Assembly (NCBI GenBank): GCA_038237625.1
Contig: JBBRYM010000009.1
Span: 36,398 to 100,397, forward strand
Source: Solirubrobacterales bacterium
GTDB lineage: Bacteria; Actinomycetota; Thermoleophilia; Solirubrobacterales; 70-9
Direction: 5' to 3'
Length of the DNA stretch: 64,000 nucleotides
The notes under the pieces are model-generated. The model worked only from the letters and a program-made list of their open reading frames with translations. It made no database searches and was not told where the DNA came from. Each line of letters begins with the position of its first letter. The stretch's first letter is position 1. Both the position numbers and the translations under genes were made by a program. This document shows, in pieces, positions 51,866 through 61,317 of the stretch.

Positions 51866-52704
51866 CGGACCCTCCCCCCCATGCCGTAGCGGTCCACCAA
51901 TCGCGATAGCGGCACCGTGACCGCCAGGTAGAGAAGGGCGGCAGCCAGAAGCGGCGTGTAGTTGAACGTCGATGCAGAAATGATCGACGCCTGCCGATAG
52001 GCCTCGATCACGCCGAGCACCGACACTAGGGCAACGTCCTTCTGCAGCGAGATGAAGTCGTTGAGAAGCGGCGGGCCGACGCGACGAACCGCCTGCGGGA
52101 GGACGACGAAGCGCAGAGCCTGGCCCTCGGTGAGCCCGACCGACAAGGCGGCATCGCGCTGGCCGCGATGGACCGAGGCGATGCCGGCGCGGTAGACCTC
52201 CGCCACGTAAGCGCTGTATGAGAGCGTCAGCGCGAGGCCGCCCAGGAGCACCGGATCCGACGGCAGGCCCTGGAGTTGCAACGCCGGGATCCCGAACCCC
52301 ACGAGATAGATCAGCAGGATCGTCGGGATGCCGCGGAACAGGTCGACCCACACGGCCGCGATGAGGCGCAAGGGGAAGAGCGCCGGCGGGCGGCTCGTGC
52401 GCACCAGCGCGATCACGAGCCCGACGACCAAGACGGCAACCTCGATGACCACGAACATCTTCACATCCAGCCAGAACCCGCGCAGGACATCCGGAAAGGC
52501 GTTGCCGAAGGCGCTCGATGAGAAGAACGTCTCACGGACCGTGGGCCAGCCCGGGCTCGTGAGCGCCAAGGCGGCGAGGCCGCCGAGGACGAAGACCGAC
52601 GACGCGGCCGCGATCGCCTGGCCGCGACGATCAGACCGGCGTTTCGCGGCGGCGCGCGCGGCGCGGCGATCGGTCAGGACGGCCTCGCTCACCGGCGCGA
52701 CCAT
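51862..52704 (-). CDS. amino-acid ABC transporter permease (His/Glu/Gln/Arg/opine family)
   Basis: Has the typical EAA-loop region SVGLTEGQALRFVVLPQA and 5-6 TMs. Confidence 0.85.
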   Translation of the reverse strand: MVAPVSEAVLTDRRAARAAAKRRSDRRGQAIAAASSVFVLGGLAALALTSPGWPTVRETFFSSSAFGNAFPDVLRGFWLDVKMFVVIEVAVLVVGLVIALVRTSRPPALFPLRLIAAVWVDLFRGIPTILLIYLVGFGIPALQLQGLPSDPVLLGGLALTLSYSAYVAEVYRAGIASVHRGQRDAALSVGLTEGQALRFVVLPQAVRRVGPPLLNDFISLQKDVALVSVLGVIEAYRQASIISASTFNYTPLLAAALLYLAVTVPLSRLVDRYGMGGRVR

Positions 52705-52730
52705 GACGGCCGCGGCGGACGGCTAAGCGG

Positions 52731-53606
52731 TCAGTCCAGCTTGGGCGCCTGGGCAGCCTGGCTCATCCAGCGATCGGTGATCCGCTGGAGCTCGCCCGAG
52801 GCGCGGAGCTGCTCAATCGCCCACGAGACGCACGCGGTCTCCGGCGACCCCTTTTCGAGTAACGCGCCGAAATGGTCGCCGCCGGGTGCGGCGAACTGGC
52901 CGACGATCGCCGAGTTCGGAACCTGGGCAGCGGCTATATAGAGGGCAGTTGGAAGGTCGGTCACGATCGCGTCGACCTGGCCCTGCTTCAGGGCGGTGAC
53001 GACGTCGTTGGAGTTGTCGAAGACCTTCTCCTGGGCCGACGGCTGGATGATCTGGTTGACGGCCTCGAGGCTGGTGGTCCCGATCTGCACGCCGATCTGC
53101 GCCGACTTCAGGTCCGCCAGCGAGGTGGCCTTGGCGGCGTCGGAGCTCTTGAGCGCGAGTACCGCCTGGTTCGCCGTGTAGTAGGGGGCGGAGAAGTCCA
53201 CGGCCTTGGCGCGCACGGGCGTGATCGAGATCTGGTTGACGTCGAAGTCGAAGCTCTTCGATCCCGGGGCGTACGAGGCGTTGAAGGGCTCGGTCACCCA
53301 CCTGACCTGGCTCGAGTCGAATCCGAGCTTGCCGGCGATCGCATAAGCGACAGCGCTTTCGAAGCCCTTGCCGTTGGTCGGGTCGTTGTTCTCGAAATAG
53401 GGTGGGTAAGCGGGCTTGTCGGTCGCGATCGTCAGCGTGCCCTTGACATGCGTCTGTAGCTCTGATGGCGCGCAATTGGCGGCGCTCGGCGTGGTCGTCG
53501 CGGCCGGTTCGGACTTCTCGCCACAGCCGGCGAGGAGGGTCAGCGCAGCGATTCCGGCGACGAGCTGAGTGCGGGGGGCGATCAAGGCGGGTAGGTGTAT
53601 CAGCAT
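52731..53606 (-). CDS. amino-acid ABC transporter substrate-binding lipoprotein (SBP family 3)
   Basis: Has the lipobox LLAGC, and TIATDKPAYPPYF ... GFDVD... is typical of family-3 SBPs. Confidence 0.85.
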   Translation of the reverse strand: MLIHLPALIAPRTQLVAGIAALTLLAGCGEKSEPAATTTPSAANCAPSELQTHVKGTLTIATDKPAYPPYFENNDPTNGKGFESAVAYAIAGKLGFDSSQVRWVTEPFNASYAPGSKSFDFDVNQISITPVRAKAVDFSAPYYTANQAVLALKSSDAAKATSLADLKSAQIGVQIGTTSLEAVNQIIQPSAQEKVFDNSNDVVTALKQGQVDAIVTDLPTALYIAAAQVPNSAIVGQFAAPGGDHFGALLEKGSPETACVSWAIEQLRASGELQRITDRWMSQAAQAPKLD

Positions 53607-53646
53607 CGGCCGCCGCTCGCGACAGCCGCCTACGCGAGCCGGCAGC

Positions 53647-54678
53647 TCAGGCGATGTCGGGCTGGGGAGCCGGGCTCCAGTCGCGGACCTCGCGCCAACC
53701 CACGAGGCGGCCCGCCTGCTCGTCCCATAGCTTCAGCCGAGTCGTTTTGATTCCATCCCAGAAAGTCAACACGGGGACGGACTGGAAGACCGGCACGCCG
53801 TCGTGGGCGGCCTGGAGCTTGTAGTTGGGGATCGCGGCGCTCAGGTGGTGGACGTGGTGCAGGCCGATGTTTCCGGTGAAGAACTGCAGGACCTTGGGCA
53901 GGCGCAGGTATGAGCTTCCCCGCAGGGCTGCATCGTCATAGCTCCACTCGGCCGAGTTCTCCCAGTAGACGTCCTCGAACTGGTGCTGGACGTAGAAGAG
54001 CCAGACTCCGGCCATTCCGGCGAGCAGGGCCGACGGTCCCTCCACAAGCCAGAACTTCCCGAACCCGAGCCAGAAGCCAAGCCCCGTGAGCGTGGCGACG
54101 AGCGCGACATTCGTGAGGTACACGCTGTTACGCAGGCGAGACCTAGCATCGCGGGCGACTATCCGCGGCTTGATCATCATCGCGAATACCGGGCCGATCG
54201 TGAACATCACCGCCGGATTGCGAAACAGCCGGTAGCCGGTGCGCGCAATCCAGGGCATTGCCCGGTACTCGGCGACGGTCAGGGTGGGTACGTCGCCCTG
54301 GCCGCGGCGGTCGAGGTCCCCCGCGGTGGCGTGATGCACGGCGTGATCGCGCTGCCAGGCGCGAAACGGGGCAAAAACCAAGAGGCCGGTGAACCGGCCG
54401 ACGATCCCGGTCCAGCGCCGCGAAGGCAGGAACGAGCCGTGGGTGCAGTCATGAAAGACGATGAAGGTGCGAACGAGGAAGCCCGCCGCTGGAATCGACA
54501 GCGCCAGCACGATCAGATAGGAAACGTCGAGCGCGAAGTACATCGCGACCCAAAGCCCGAGGAATGGCACGACCGACGTCGCGAGGTCGAGGAGCGCCCG
54601 ACCGAGCTCCGGACGCGCGTACTTGCGGACGGCCTGCGTGGGGCTTTCGGCAGCCGCCGTAGGGGCGGAACTGGACAT
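53647..54678 (-). CDS. membrane fatty-acid desaturase
   Basis: Three His boxes: HDCTH, HAVHH and HHVHH. The ATG at 54678 is preceded by AAGGAG. The upstream track extension is junk. Confidence 0.85.
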   Translation of the reverse strand: MSSSAPTAAAESPTQAVRKYARPELGRALLDLATSVVPFLGLWVAMYFALDVSYLIVLALSIPAAGFLVRTFIVFHDCTHGSFLPSRRWTGIVGRFTGLLVFAPFRAWQRDHAVHHATAGDLDRRGQGDVPTLTVAEYRAMPWIARTGYRLFRNPAVMFTIGPVFAMMIKPRIVARDARSRLRNSVYLTNVALVATLTGLGFWLGFGKFWLVEGPSALLAGMAGVWLFYVQHQFEDVYWENSAEWSYDDAALRGSSYLRLPKVLQFFTGNIGLHHVHHLSAAIPNYKLQAAHDGVPVFQSVPVLTFWDGIKTTRLKLWDEQAGRLVGWREVRDWSPAPQPDIA

Positions 54679-54817
54679 CTGGTCGCTCCTTCGGCGCCGT
54701 GAATCTCGTCGGGGAGTGAGGCGCCAGCATCGACGCCCAGGCGACCGTAGCAGCCCGAGCCTCAAGCGGTGCTAAATCCCGGCCGCCACAGCCGCCAGAT
54801 AGGGTTGGCCGTGAAGC

Positions 54818-56296
54818 ATGGAATCCGCCAATCCGAACCAGACGGATATCTCGGTCGGCATCGTGGGCGCCGGCTTCGGCGGCCTCGGAATGGGCATTCG
54901 CCTCGCCCAGCAGGGGATCCGGAACTTCGAGATCTTCGAGCGCGGCGACAGCGTGGGCGGCGTCTGGCGCGCCAATCGCTATCCAGGCGCCGCCTGCGAC
55001 GTCCCGTCGCATCTCTACTCGTTCTCGTTCGCCAAGGGCCATGAGTGGACGCGCCGCTACGCGCCCAGAGCCGACATCGTTCGCTACCTGGAGAGACTTG
55101 CGGACGACTATGGACTGCGCCCGCACCTGACGCTCAACACCGAGGTCACGGAAGCGAGCTTCGACGCCGAGGCCGGCCGGTGGACAATCACGACCGAGGC
55201 CGGTGAGACCAGGAGGTTCGACGTCCTGGTCACAGCGTGCGGCCAGCTCACGCGTCCGGCGATCCCGGGGCTCCGGGGGCTCGAGGATTTCTCCGGGCCG
55301 GCCTTTCACTCCGCCGAGTGGAACCACGAGATCAGCCTGGAGGGCAAGCGAATCGCCGTCATCGGCACCGGCGCCAGCGCGATCCAGTTCGTGCCGGAGA
55401 TCGCGCCGAAGACCGCACACCTGGCCATCTACCAGCGCTCGGCGCCGTGGATAGTCCCGAAGTCGGATCGCGCCTACCCGGAGTGGGAGCGACGGCTCTT
55501 CAAGACGCTGCCCGGCCGAGTCGCGCTCAGCCGCCTCGGCAACTTCACCTTCCTCGAGAGCGCGACCTACGCCTTCACGGGCAAGAGCTGGGTCGGGCGC
55601 CCGATCCAGGCGATCGCCGATCGGGAGCGCCGCCGCGTGCTGACGGACCCGGAATTGCGCGAGAGGGCCACCCCCGACTACACGCTCGGCTGTAAGCGCG
55701 TGCTGTTCACCAGCGATTGGTATCCCACGCTCAACCTCCCCCAAGTCGAGCTCGTGAGCGGAGGCGCAAGGCACATCACCAAGGACGGCGTGGTCGGCGC
55801 CGACGGGGTCGAGCGCCTCGCCGACGTGATCGTTTTCGGCACCGGCTTTCAGAGCCTCAACTTCGTCGCTCCGATGAAGGTCTGCGGTCTGGATGGCAGG
55901 GAGCTCAACGAGGTCTGGGCGGGACGCGCCGAGGCCTACCTGGGAACGACGGTGAGCGGGTTCCCCAACCTCTACCTCCTCTACGGGCCGAACACAAACC
56001 ATGGCTCCGGCTCGGTCCCCTACACCCTCGAATGTCAGTTCAACTACGTGATCGACGCGCTCCGCCACATGCGCAGGCGAAGTTTTCGCTACATCGAGTT
56101 GCGGCCCGAGGTCCAGCGCCGGTGGCGCGAGGAGATGGAGGAGCGAAGCCGGGGCACCGTCTGGTTGTCGGGCGGCTGTCACAACTGGTACCTCAATGAG
56201 CGCGGGGAGAACACCAACAACTGGCCCGGCGCCTGGCTCGAGTTCCGCCGGCGCACGCGCACCATCGACCCGGCCGACTACCGCGCCGCGCGCTAG
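54818..56296 (+). CDS. Baeyer-Villiger-type flavin monooxygenase
   Basis: GAGFGG (FAD), the BVMO fingerprint FSGPAFHSAEW, and GTGASA (NADPH). Confidence 0.85.
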   Translation: MESANPNQTDISVGIVGAGFGGLGMGIRLAQQGIRNFEIFERGDSVGGVWRANRYPGAACDVPSHLYSFSFAKGHEWTRRYAPRADIVRYLERLADDYGLRPHLTLNTEVTEASFDAEAGRWTITTEAGETRRFDVLVTACGQLTRPAIPGLRGLEDFSGPAFHSAEWNHEISLEGKRIAVIGTGASAIQFVPEIAPKTAHLAIYQRSAPWIVPKSDRAYPEWERRLFKTLPGRVALSRLGNFTFLESATYAFTGKSWVGRPIQAIADRERRRVLTDPELRERATPDYTLGCKRVLFTSDWYPTLNLPQVELVSGGARHITKDGVVGADGVERLADVIVFGTGFQSLNFVAPMKVCGLDGRELNEVWAGRAEAYLGTTVSGFPNLYLLYGPNTNHGSGSVPYTLECQFNYVIDALRHMRRRSFRYIELRPEVQRRWREEMEERSRGTVWLSGGCHNWYLNERGENTNNWPGAWLEFRRRTRTIDPADYRAAR

Positions 56297-56314
56297 AGAC
56301 TCCCTACGCGGCGA

Positions 56315-57118
56315 ATGACGCAACTGCTGAGCGCGGAACGGGTGGCCGAGCACGTCGAGCTCCTCACCCTCAACCGTCCAGATGAGCTGAACGCGATGAC
56401 GGCCGCGCTCTGCGCCGAGCTGCACGCATCGCTCGACCGCCTGGCGGCGGATCGCTCTTGCCGGGCGATCGTCCTCACGGGGGCGGGTCGCGGATTCTGC
56501 GCCGGCCTCGACCTGCGCGGCTATGGCCAGGCGCCGGGCAACGACGGTAGCGACGACGCCCGTGACCGGCTCGGGAACCAGGAGCACATGTCGCGGCTGA
56601 TCCTGCGCCTGCGGGAAACTCCCCAGCCCGTGATCGCGGCGGTCAACGGCCCCGCGGCGGGCTTTGGCCTGGCGCTCGCCCTCGGCTGCGACATCCGCTA
56701 CGGGGCGCGCAGCGCGGTCCTGCGAGTCGCGTTCTTGAACATCGGGGTGTCGAACTGCGACATGGCCACCAGCTGGCTCCTGCCTCGTCTCGTCGGCGCC
56801 TCGCGCGCACATGAGCTGATGCTGACCGGGCGCCGGATCGACGCCGGAGAGGCCGAGCGCATCGGCCTGCTGGCGGCGGTCCTCGACGACGATCAGCTCG
56901 TCGGGCACGCGGTCGAGAGCGCCGAGGCGATCGCCGCGCTCGCGCCGTGGGCCGTCCGGCTCACAAAGCAGGGCATGTGGACCGCGCTGGAGATTCCGTC
57001 GGAGCGGGCAGCCACGGAGTACGAGGACCGCCAGCAGATCATGGCTACGCACGGAGTGGCGCTTCGCGAGGCGGTGTCCGCCTTTCTGGAGAAGCGGCCC
57101 GCCTCGTTTCCCGACTGA
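56315..57118 (+). CDS. enoyl-CoA hydratase/isomerase (crotonase)
   Basis: VLTGAGRGFCAGLDL ... PVIAAVNGPAAGFGLALALGCD are present. Confidence 0.9.
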   Translation: MTQLLSAERVAEHVELLTLNRPDELNAMTAALCAELHASLDRLAADRSCRAIVLTGAGRGFCAGLDLRGYGQAPGNDGSDDARDRLGNQEHMSRLILRLRETPQPVIAAVNGPAAGFGLALALGCDIRYGARSAVLRVAFLNIGVSNCDMATSWLLPRLVGASRAHELMLTGRRIDAGEAERIGLLAAVLDDDQLVGHAVESAEAIAALAPWAVRLTKQGMWTALEIPSERAATEYEDRQQIMATHGVALREAVSAFLEKRPASFPD

Positions 57119-58754
57119 TCCGGGCGCGCGCCAGGGGCGTTGGCGCAAAGTCCGGTCCGCACGCGAGAGTTTGCACGGGCTCATGGATGGGCGCCGACGC
57201 GGTTGCGAGACGCCGCAGCCGCCTGACGGCGACGCTCTCAGGTCGCGGAGCCGGTAGCGGCTGCGCCCCGTCCAAGAGCGCCGAATGGCGACCTCGCACG
57301 ATCCCCAGGCCTTCGATGTCCTTCGCGTCGAGGGCGAGCGGCCGTGGAGCCGAGTAGGTGGCCACCGTCCACCGACCCTCGACCGTCCTCTTCGCAACCA
57401 GGCGGTAGCCGTAGCGAGGCGGGTTCTGCGGACCGTCGGTGACCGCGATGATCCGCCGCGCTTGGACGCCGCATGGGTAGCTCGACGAGTCCACTGCGGG
57501 CATCGCGCCGCCCATGTAGTAGGAGAGGGTCACTCCCACCTCAGGTGGCGCCACAAGGACGATTCCCCTGGGACGGCTGGCGAGCACCGCCTGGCTCAGC
57601 CCTCGCCAATTGTCGCGCTGCATCCCTGGCACGGTGCAGATCGCCGCGATCACCGCGGCCATCGGCAGGGCGATCACCGCTGCCGGCGCGAGACGGAGGG
57701 GCGTCCGAGCCTTCAGCGCGTCCGCCGCCAGCGCCGCGCCCCCGGCGACGAGCAGCAGGAGCAGCGGCAGAGCGCCATCGAGGTTGTAGGGCTCGACGTA
57801 GTCGAGCCCGGCCAGGGCCAGGACGAGAGGGATCGCGAACCCGGCTCCTGCGACCACCGCGACGACGCCGGCCAGCCGGCGTGGCCTTCCTCGCCCGAGC
57901 CTGAACAGGACGAAGATCGAGGCCGCGAACAGCGCCAGGATCACAGGCGCGGCATATCGGGCGCCCATGGGAATGTTGACCAGAGATCCGGAGGGATGAG
58001 TCAACTGCCCGGTCGCAAACTTCACGAGCGCCGACGCTCCGCGCTCGATCACGGGCACCTGCGTGAAGGCGTTGTTGCGCCCGCTGCGCTCCTGTTGGAT
58101 CGCCAGCGGCAGCAGCGCGATTCCGGTGAGCGCAAGGGCTCCGCACGCCCCCAACGCCCGGCGCCGCTCTCCTTGCCGGGCGGCGGCAACGAGGATCAGG
58201 GCCTCGATGCCGGTGAATAGCCCTGAGAAGTAGTGCGTCGCCAGGCCGGCGCAGCCGGCCAGGGCCCACCCCACGTACGCGCCCCGGCTGGGTCGCTTCA
58301 GGGCACGCAGGAAGAAGTAGAGAGCGACCGCGCTGAAGAAGATGTAGAAGGGATAGGACCGCGCCTCCTGGGAGAACCAGAAGACGTCGGGGTTGCATGC
58401 CGCGAGGAGCGCGGCGAGCACGCCGGCGCGCCGCCCGAGAAGCTCGCGGCCCGCCAGGTACATCGCCACGATCGTTCCGATCCCGGCGAGCATCGAGAGC
58501 GAGCGCAGGCCCACCTCGCCGGTGCCGAAGAGATGCGACCAGGCCCAGGCGAGGCTGTAGTACACCGGGCCGCTGCGCTCCGACCCGGCGAACGCCCGGA
58601 ACGTATCCAGGTAGCCCGGGTGGATCACACGGCCGGCGGTGATGGTCTCGCCCGAGTCGAAGCTCTGCAGGCCGAGCGTGGCAAAGCACACGACGGCGAA
58701 GCCCGCGACGATCGCCACCAACCACGCCACGTCTCCACGGGATCGCGCACGCAT
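57045..58754 (-). CDS. GT-C fold glycosyltransferase (PMT_2/ArnT-like, GT39/GT83-type)
   Basis: About 12 TMs. The N-terminal region D.GET..A...H.........GPVYYSLAWAWSHLFGTGEVGLRSLSMLAG ... FSQEARSYPF is typical of COG1807-type transferases, and there is a soluble C-terminal domain. The 3' tail overlaps the convergent crotonase gene by 74 nt. Confidence 0.7.
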   Translation of the reverse strand: MRARSRGDVAWLVAIVAGFAVVCFATLGLQSFDSGETITAGRVIHPGYLDTFRAFAGSERSGPVYYSLAWAWSHLFGTGEVGLRSLSMLAGIGTIVAMYLAGRELLGRRAGVLAALLAACNPDVFWFSQEARSYPFYIFFSAVALYFFLRALKRPSRGAYVGWALAGCAGLATHYFSGLFTGIEALILVAAARQGERRRALGACGALALTGIALLPLAIQQERSGRNNAFTQVPVIERGASALVKFATGQLTHPSGSLVNIPMGARYAAPVILALFAASIFVLFRLGRGRPRRLAGVVAVVAGAGFAIPLVLALAGLDYVEPYNLDGALPLLLLLVAGGAALAADALKARTPLRLAPAAVIALPMAAVIAAICTVPGMQRDNWRGLSQAVLASRPRGIVLVAPPEVGVTLSYYMGGAMPAVDSSSYPCGVQARRIIAVTDGPQNPPRYGYRLVAKRTVEGRWTVATYSAPRPLALDAKDIEGLGIVRGRHSALLDGAQPLPAPRPESVAVRRLRRLATASAPIHEPVQTLACGPDFAPTPLARARISRETRRAASPERRTPPREAPLRA

Positions 58755-58788
58755 ACGCGAGATGGTGCGCCCGCAAGCTAAGCCCCAG

Positions 58789-59652
58789 CTAATCGAGCTG
58801 TTTCGAGGGGAAACTGGCCTCGATCACGCGGACGAGGCCGGCTCCGTGCTCGTCGACCTCGAAGCGGTCGTCGTAGTCGAGCGGGCTGTGGAGCCGCGAC
58901 CAGCCGAATCCTGCGTCCACCAGCGCCGCTGTTGCTTCGGTCTCGTCCTCGAAGTGGGGATGTACGCGACTGCGCACGAAACCCGAGAGAGCGAGCCTGA
59001 AGGCGTCGGCGCGAACGCCTCCGACCTCGCTTTCGAGGTGGAGGTCGGAGAGGTAGACGCCCGCCGAAAAAGCCCCCAAGGTGGTGGCGATCCGCCGCCA
59101 GAGGCCGGCGAGGCTCTCCGGGCCTAGATAGTGGACGAGGCCCTCGGTGACAATGGCCAGCCCCCGCGACGGGTCCAGTCCCGCCGCGATGCCCGCCAGG
59201 CTGGCCGGACCCTGGTCAGCCAGCGCGTCGATGTCCACCACGCGGTGATGCTCGCCCCGGGAGCCGATCTTCTCGAGGGCTTCCCGCTTGCGCTCGGCCA
59301 TCGCCGGTAGGTCGGCCTCGACATAGGTGATCCGCTCGCCATAGCGCCTCGCGAATCGCCAGCCGCGCGGCGACATCCCGCAGGCGATCTCGAGCACCGA
59401 TCCCACGCGCCCATCGTCGATCCAACTCTCGAGCAGGTGGTCGATGAGCTTGTGGCGCGCGAGCAGGAAGGCCTCGAGGGTGATCCCGCCCACCAACCGC
59501 GACGCTGCCACCGGCACCCGCATCCACTCGTAGAGAAGGCGCCCGGTAGCGGTCGCGAGCGCCGGGTGGGAGAGCCCGTTTCGTGTCCACACGTACCCGG
59601 TGTAGTGAGCGGTCGGGCTGATCGCATCCGAGCCGCGGGGCGGGTCGCTCAT
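58789..59652 (-). CDS. class I SAM-dependent methyltransferase
   Basis: 287 aa from the ATG at 59652 (ATGA overlap with the upstream gene). It has ISPTAHYTGYVW and the SAM motif I VLEIACGMSPRG, with an acidic residue after beta-2 (YVEADL). Confidence 0.75.
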   Translation of the reverse strand: MSDPPRGSDAISPTAHYTGYVWTRNGLSHPALATATGRLLYEWMRVPVAASRLVGGITLEAFLLARHKLIDHLLESWIDDGRVGSVLEIACGMSPRGWRFARRYGERITYVEADLPAMAERKREALEKIGSRGEHHRVVDIDALADQGPASLAGIAAGLDPSRGLAIVTEGLVHYLGPESLAGLWRRIATTLGAFSAGVYLSDLHLESEVGGVRADAFRLALSGFVRSRVHPHFEDETEATAALVDAGFGWSRLHSPLDYDDRFEVDEHGAGLVRVIEASFPSKQLD

Positions 59653-60818
59653 GCGCGGTGCTCTAGGGCGGCGCGGTCGATCTCCGCCGGGCGGGTGAGG
59701 CCCGACAACGCCATGGTCAGGTCCAGCTCGGCCAGGAACATCCGGATGACGGTCTCGACTCCCTCCGCGCCGCCGAGCGCCAGGCCCCAGACGTAGGGGC
59801 GGCCGAGGAGCACCGCATCGGCGCCAAGCGCAAGGGCCTTGAAGGCGTCGGCTCCCGAGCGCACGCCACTGTCGAGGAGGATGGCGAGATCGTCGCCCAC
59901 GGCGGCCGCGATGTCCGGCAGCGCGTCGAGCGAGGCGATCGCGCCGTCGACCTGGCGGCCACCATGGTTGGAGACCACGAGCCCGGCAACGCCGCGATCG
60001 CGCGCTTCCACGGCGTCTTCTGGATGCAGAACGCCCTTCAGCAGGATTGGCAGCGAGGTCATCTCCCGCAGCGTGTCGAGGTCGTCCCAGGTCAGCGACG
60101 GATTGGGAAAGACCGTGAGGAACATCCCGATGCCCTCTCCCGGGTCGTCGGGGTTCGACATCCTGGCCCGAAGCGCCGGATCCTTCACGTAGTTCGCGAC
60201 GCCCCGTCCCTCGAGGCCCGGCAGGTATGCCTCCTGGAGGTCGCGCGGCTTCCAGCCGGGGAACGCGTTGTCCACGGTCACGACAATCGCTCCGTAGCCC
60301 GCGGACTCGGCGCGAGCGACCATGCTCACCGCAACGTCGGAATCGTTTGGCCAGTAGAGCTGGAACCAATGAGGCGCATCGCCGTGGGCGGCGGCGATGT
60401 CCTCCAGGGAGTTGTCGCTCACTGACGACGCGACGATTCCCAGTCCTGCTGCCACCGCGCCGCGGGCGGTCGCGAGCTCGCCTTCGGGGTGAAAGAGGGA
60501 CTGCACGCCGATGGGCGCGAGCATCACCGGAGCGATCAGCTCGCTGCCCAGGAGCTTGGTCGCCAGCGACCGGTCGGCCACATCGCGAAGCATCCGTGGG
60601 ACGATCCGCCAGCGCCTGAAGGCATCGAGGTTGGCGCGGTAGGTGTCCTCCGTCCCGGCGCTGCCCGAGACATAGCCACGTGCGCGGTCGTCGAGCGCCT
60701 CCTGAGCGCGAGCCTCGAGCTCCGCCCAGGAGACCGGGAGCGCAGGGCTCTCTCCCGCCGCTCCGGCTGCGTAGATCTGCCGGTAGTAGTCGCCGAAGGG
60801 CAGGGAGGCCTCGCTCAC
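59649..60818 (-). CDS. FMN-dependent alpha-hydroxy-acid oxidising enzyme (lactate 2-monooxygenase/LldD-like)
   Basis: RRWRIVPRML, PVMLAPIG, WFQLYW, SNHGGRQVD and DSGVRSG.D..KALALGA are present. The GTG at 60818 overlaps the SRPBCC stop (GTGA). Confidence 0.85.
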   Translation of the reverse strand: MSEASLPFGDYYRQIYAAGAAGESPALPVSWAELEARAQEALDDRARGYVSGSAGTEDTYRANLDAFRRWRIVPRMLRDVADRSLATKLLGSELIAPVMLAPIGVQSLFHPEGELATARGAVAAGLGIVASSVSDNSLEDIAAAHGDAPHWFQLYWPNDSDVAVSMVARAESAGYGAIVVTVDNAFPGWKPRDLQEAYLPGLEGRGVANYVKDPALRARMSNPDDPGEGIGMFLTVFPNPSLTWDDLDTLREMTSLPILLKGVLHPEDAVEARDRGVAGLVVSNHGGRQVDGAIASLDALPDIAAAVGDDLAILLDSGVRSGADAFKALALGADAVLLGRPYVWGLALGGAEGVETVIRMFLAELDLTMALSGLTRPAEIDRAALEHRA

Positions 60819-61291
60819 TCCGCGCCTCCGTATTGCGAGACCAGCCGGCCGTGGCGATGACGGAAGAGAAAGGCAACCACACGCGCCGCGAGCTCGCCGG
60901 AGCCGGGCATCCAGCGCAGAGGCCGGCGCAGCTCGAAGGAGAGGCGGTCGGAGACCTGCGAGCTCGCGCCGTCGGGTTCGACGATCCGTTCGTGCTGCCA
61001 CAGCGACATCGTCAGCATCGAGGAGCGCTCGAGGAAGCGCAGCCCGGGGCCGCGCTCGGCGAGCGAGAGATCGTCGAAGTCAACCGGAAGGATTCCGAAG
61101 AGCAGCAGCCAGCTCCTCCCCAGCGGCTCGCCAACCGGGACGTCCTCGATCGTGCGGCCACGGATCCCGCGCGGCATCGTCATCCGCAGAAACGGGCTGA
61201 GCTCGTCATTGATGCCCTCCGGCGAAACCGCGCGCGCCCAGACCTCCGCCGCCGGGGCGGCGACGTGGCTCGTCTGGACCACGGTCTTCAT
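60815..61291 (-). CDS. SRPBCC (START/polyketide-cyclase-like) family protein
   Basis: 158 aa. MKTVVQTSHVAAPAAEVWARAVSPEGINDEL is the typical SRPBCC N-terminus. Confidence 0.65.
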   Translation of the reverse strand: MKTVVQTSHVAAPAAEVWARAVSPEGINDELSPFLRMTMPRGIRGRTIEDVPVGEPLGRSWLLLFGILPVDFDDLSLAERGPGLRFLERSSMLTMSLWQHERIVEPDGASSQVSDRLSFELRRPLRWMPGSGELAARVVAFLFRHRHGRLVSQYGGAE

Positions 61292-61317
61292 CGCAGCGGA
61301 CGCTATATAAACCGTGC

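Noticed and set aside
54449-57397. 982-aa minus-strand ORF covering the BVMO and crotonase genes. It is the same length as the real 982-aa plus-strand gene at 48067.
   Set aside because: The composition is Arg/Gly/Ala/Pro-rich with no recognisable motifs. It is antisense to two genes that have clear family signatures. This is a typical high-GC antisense artefact, and the equal length is coincidence.
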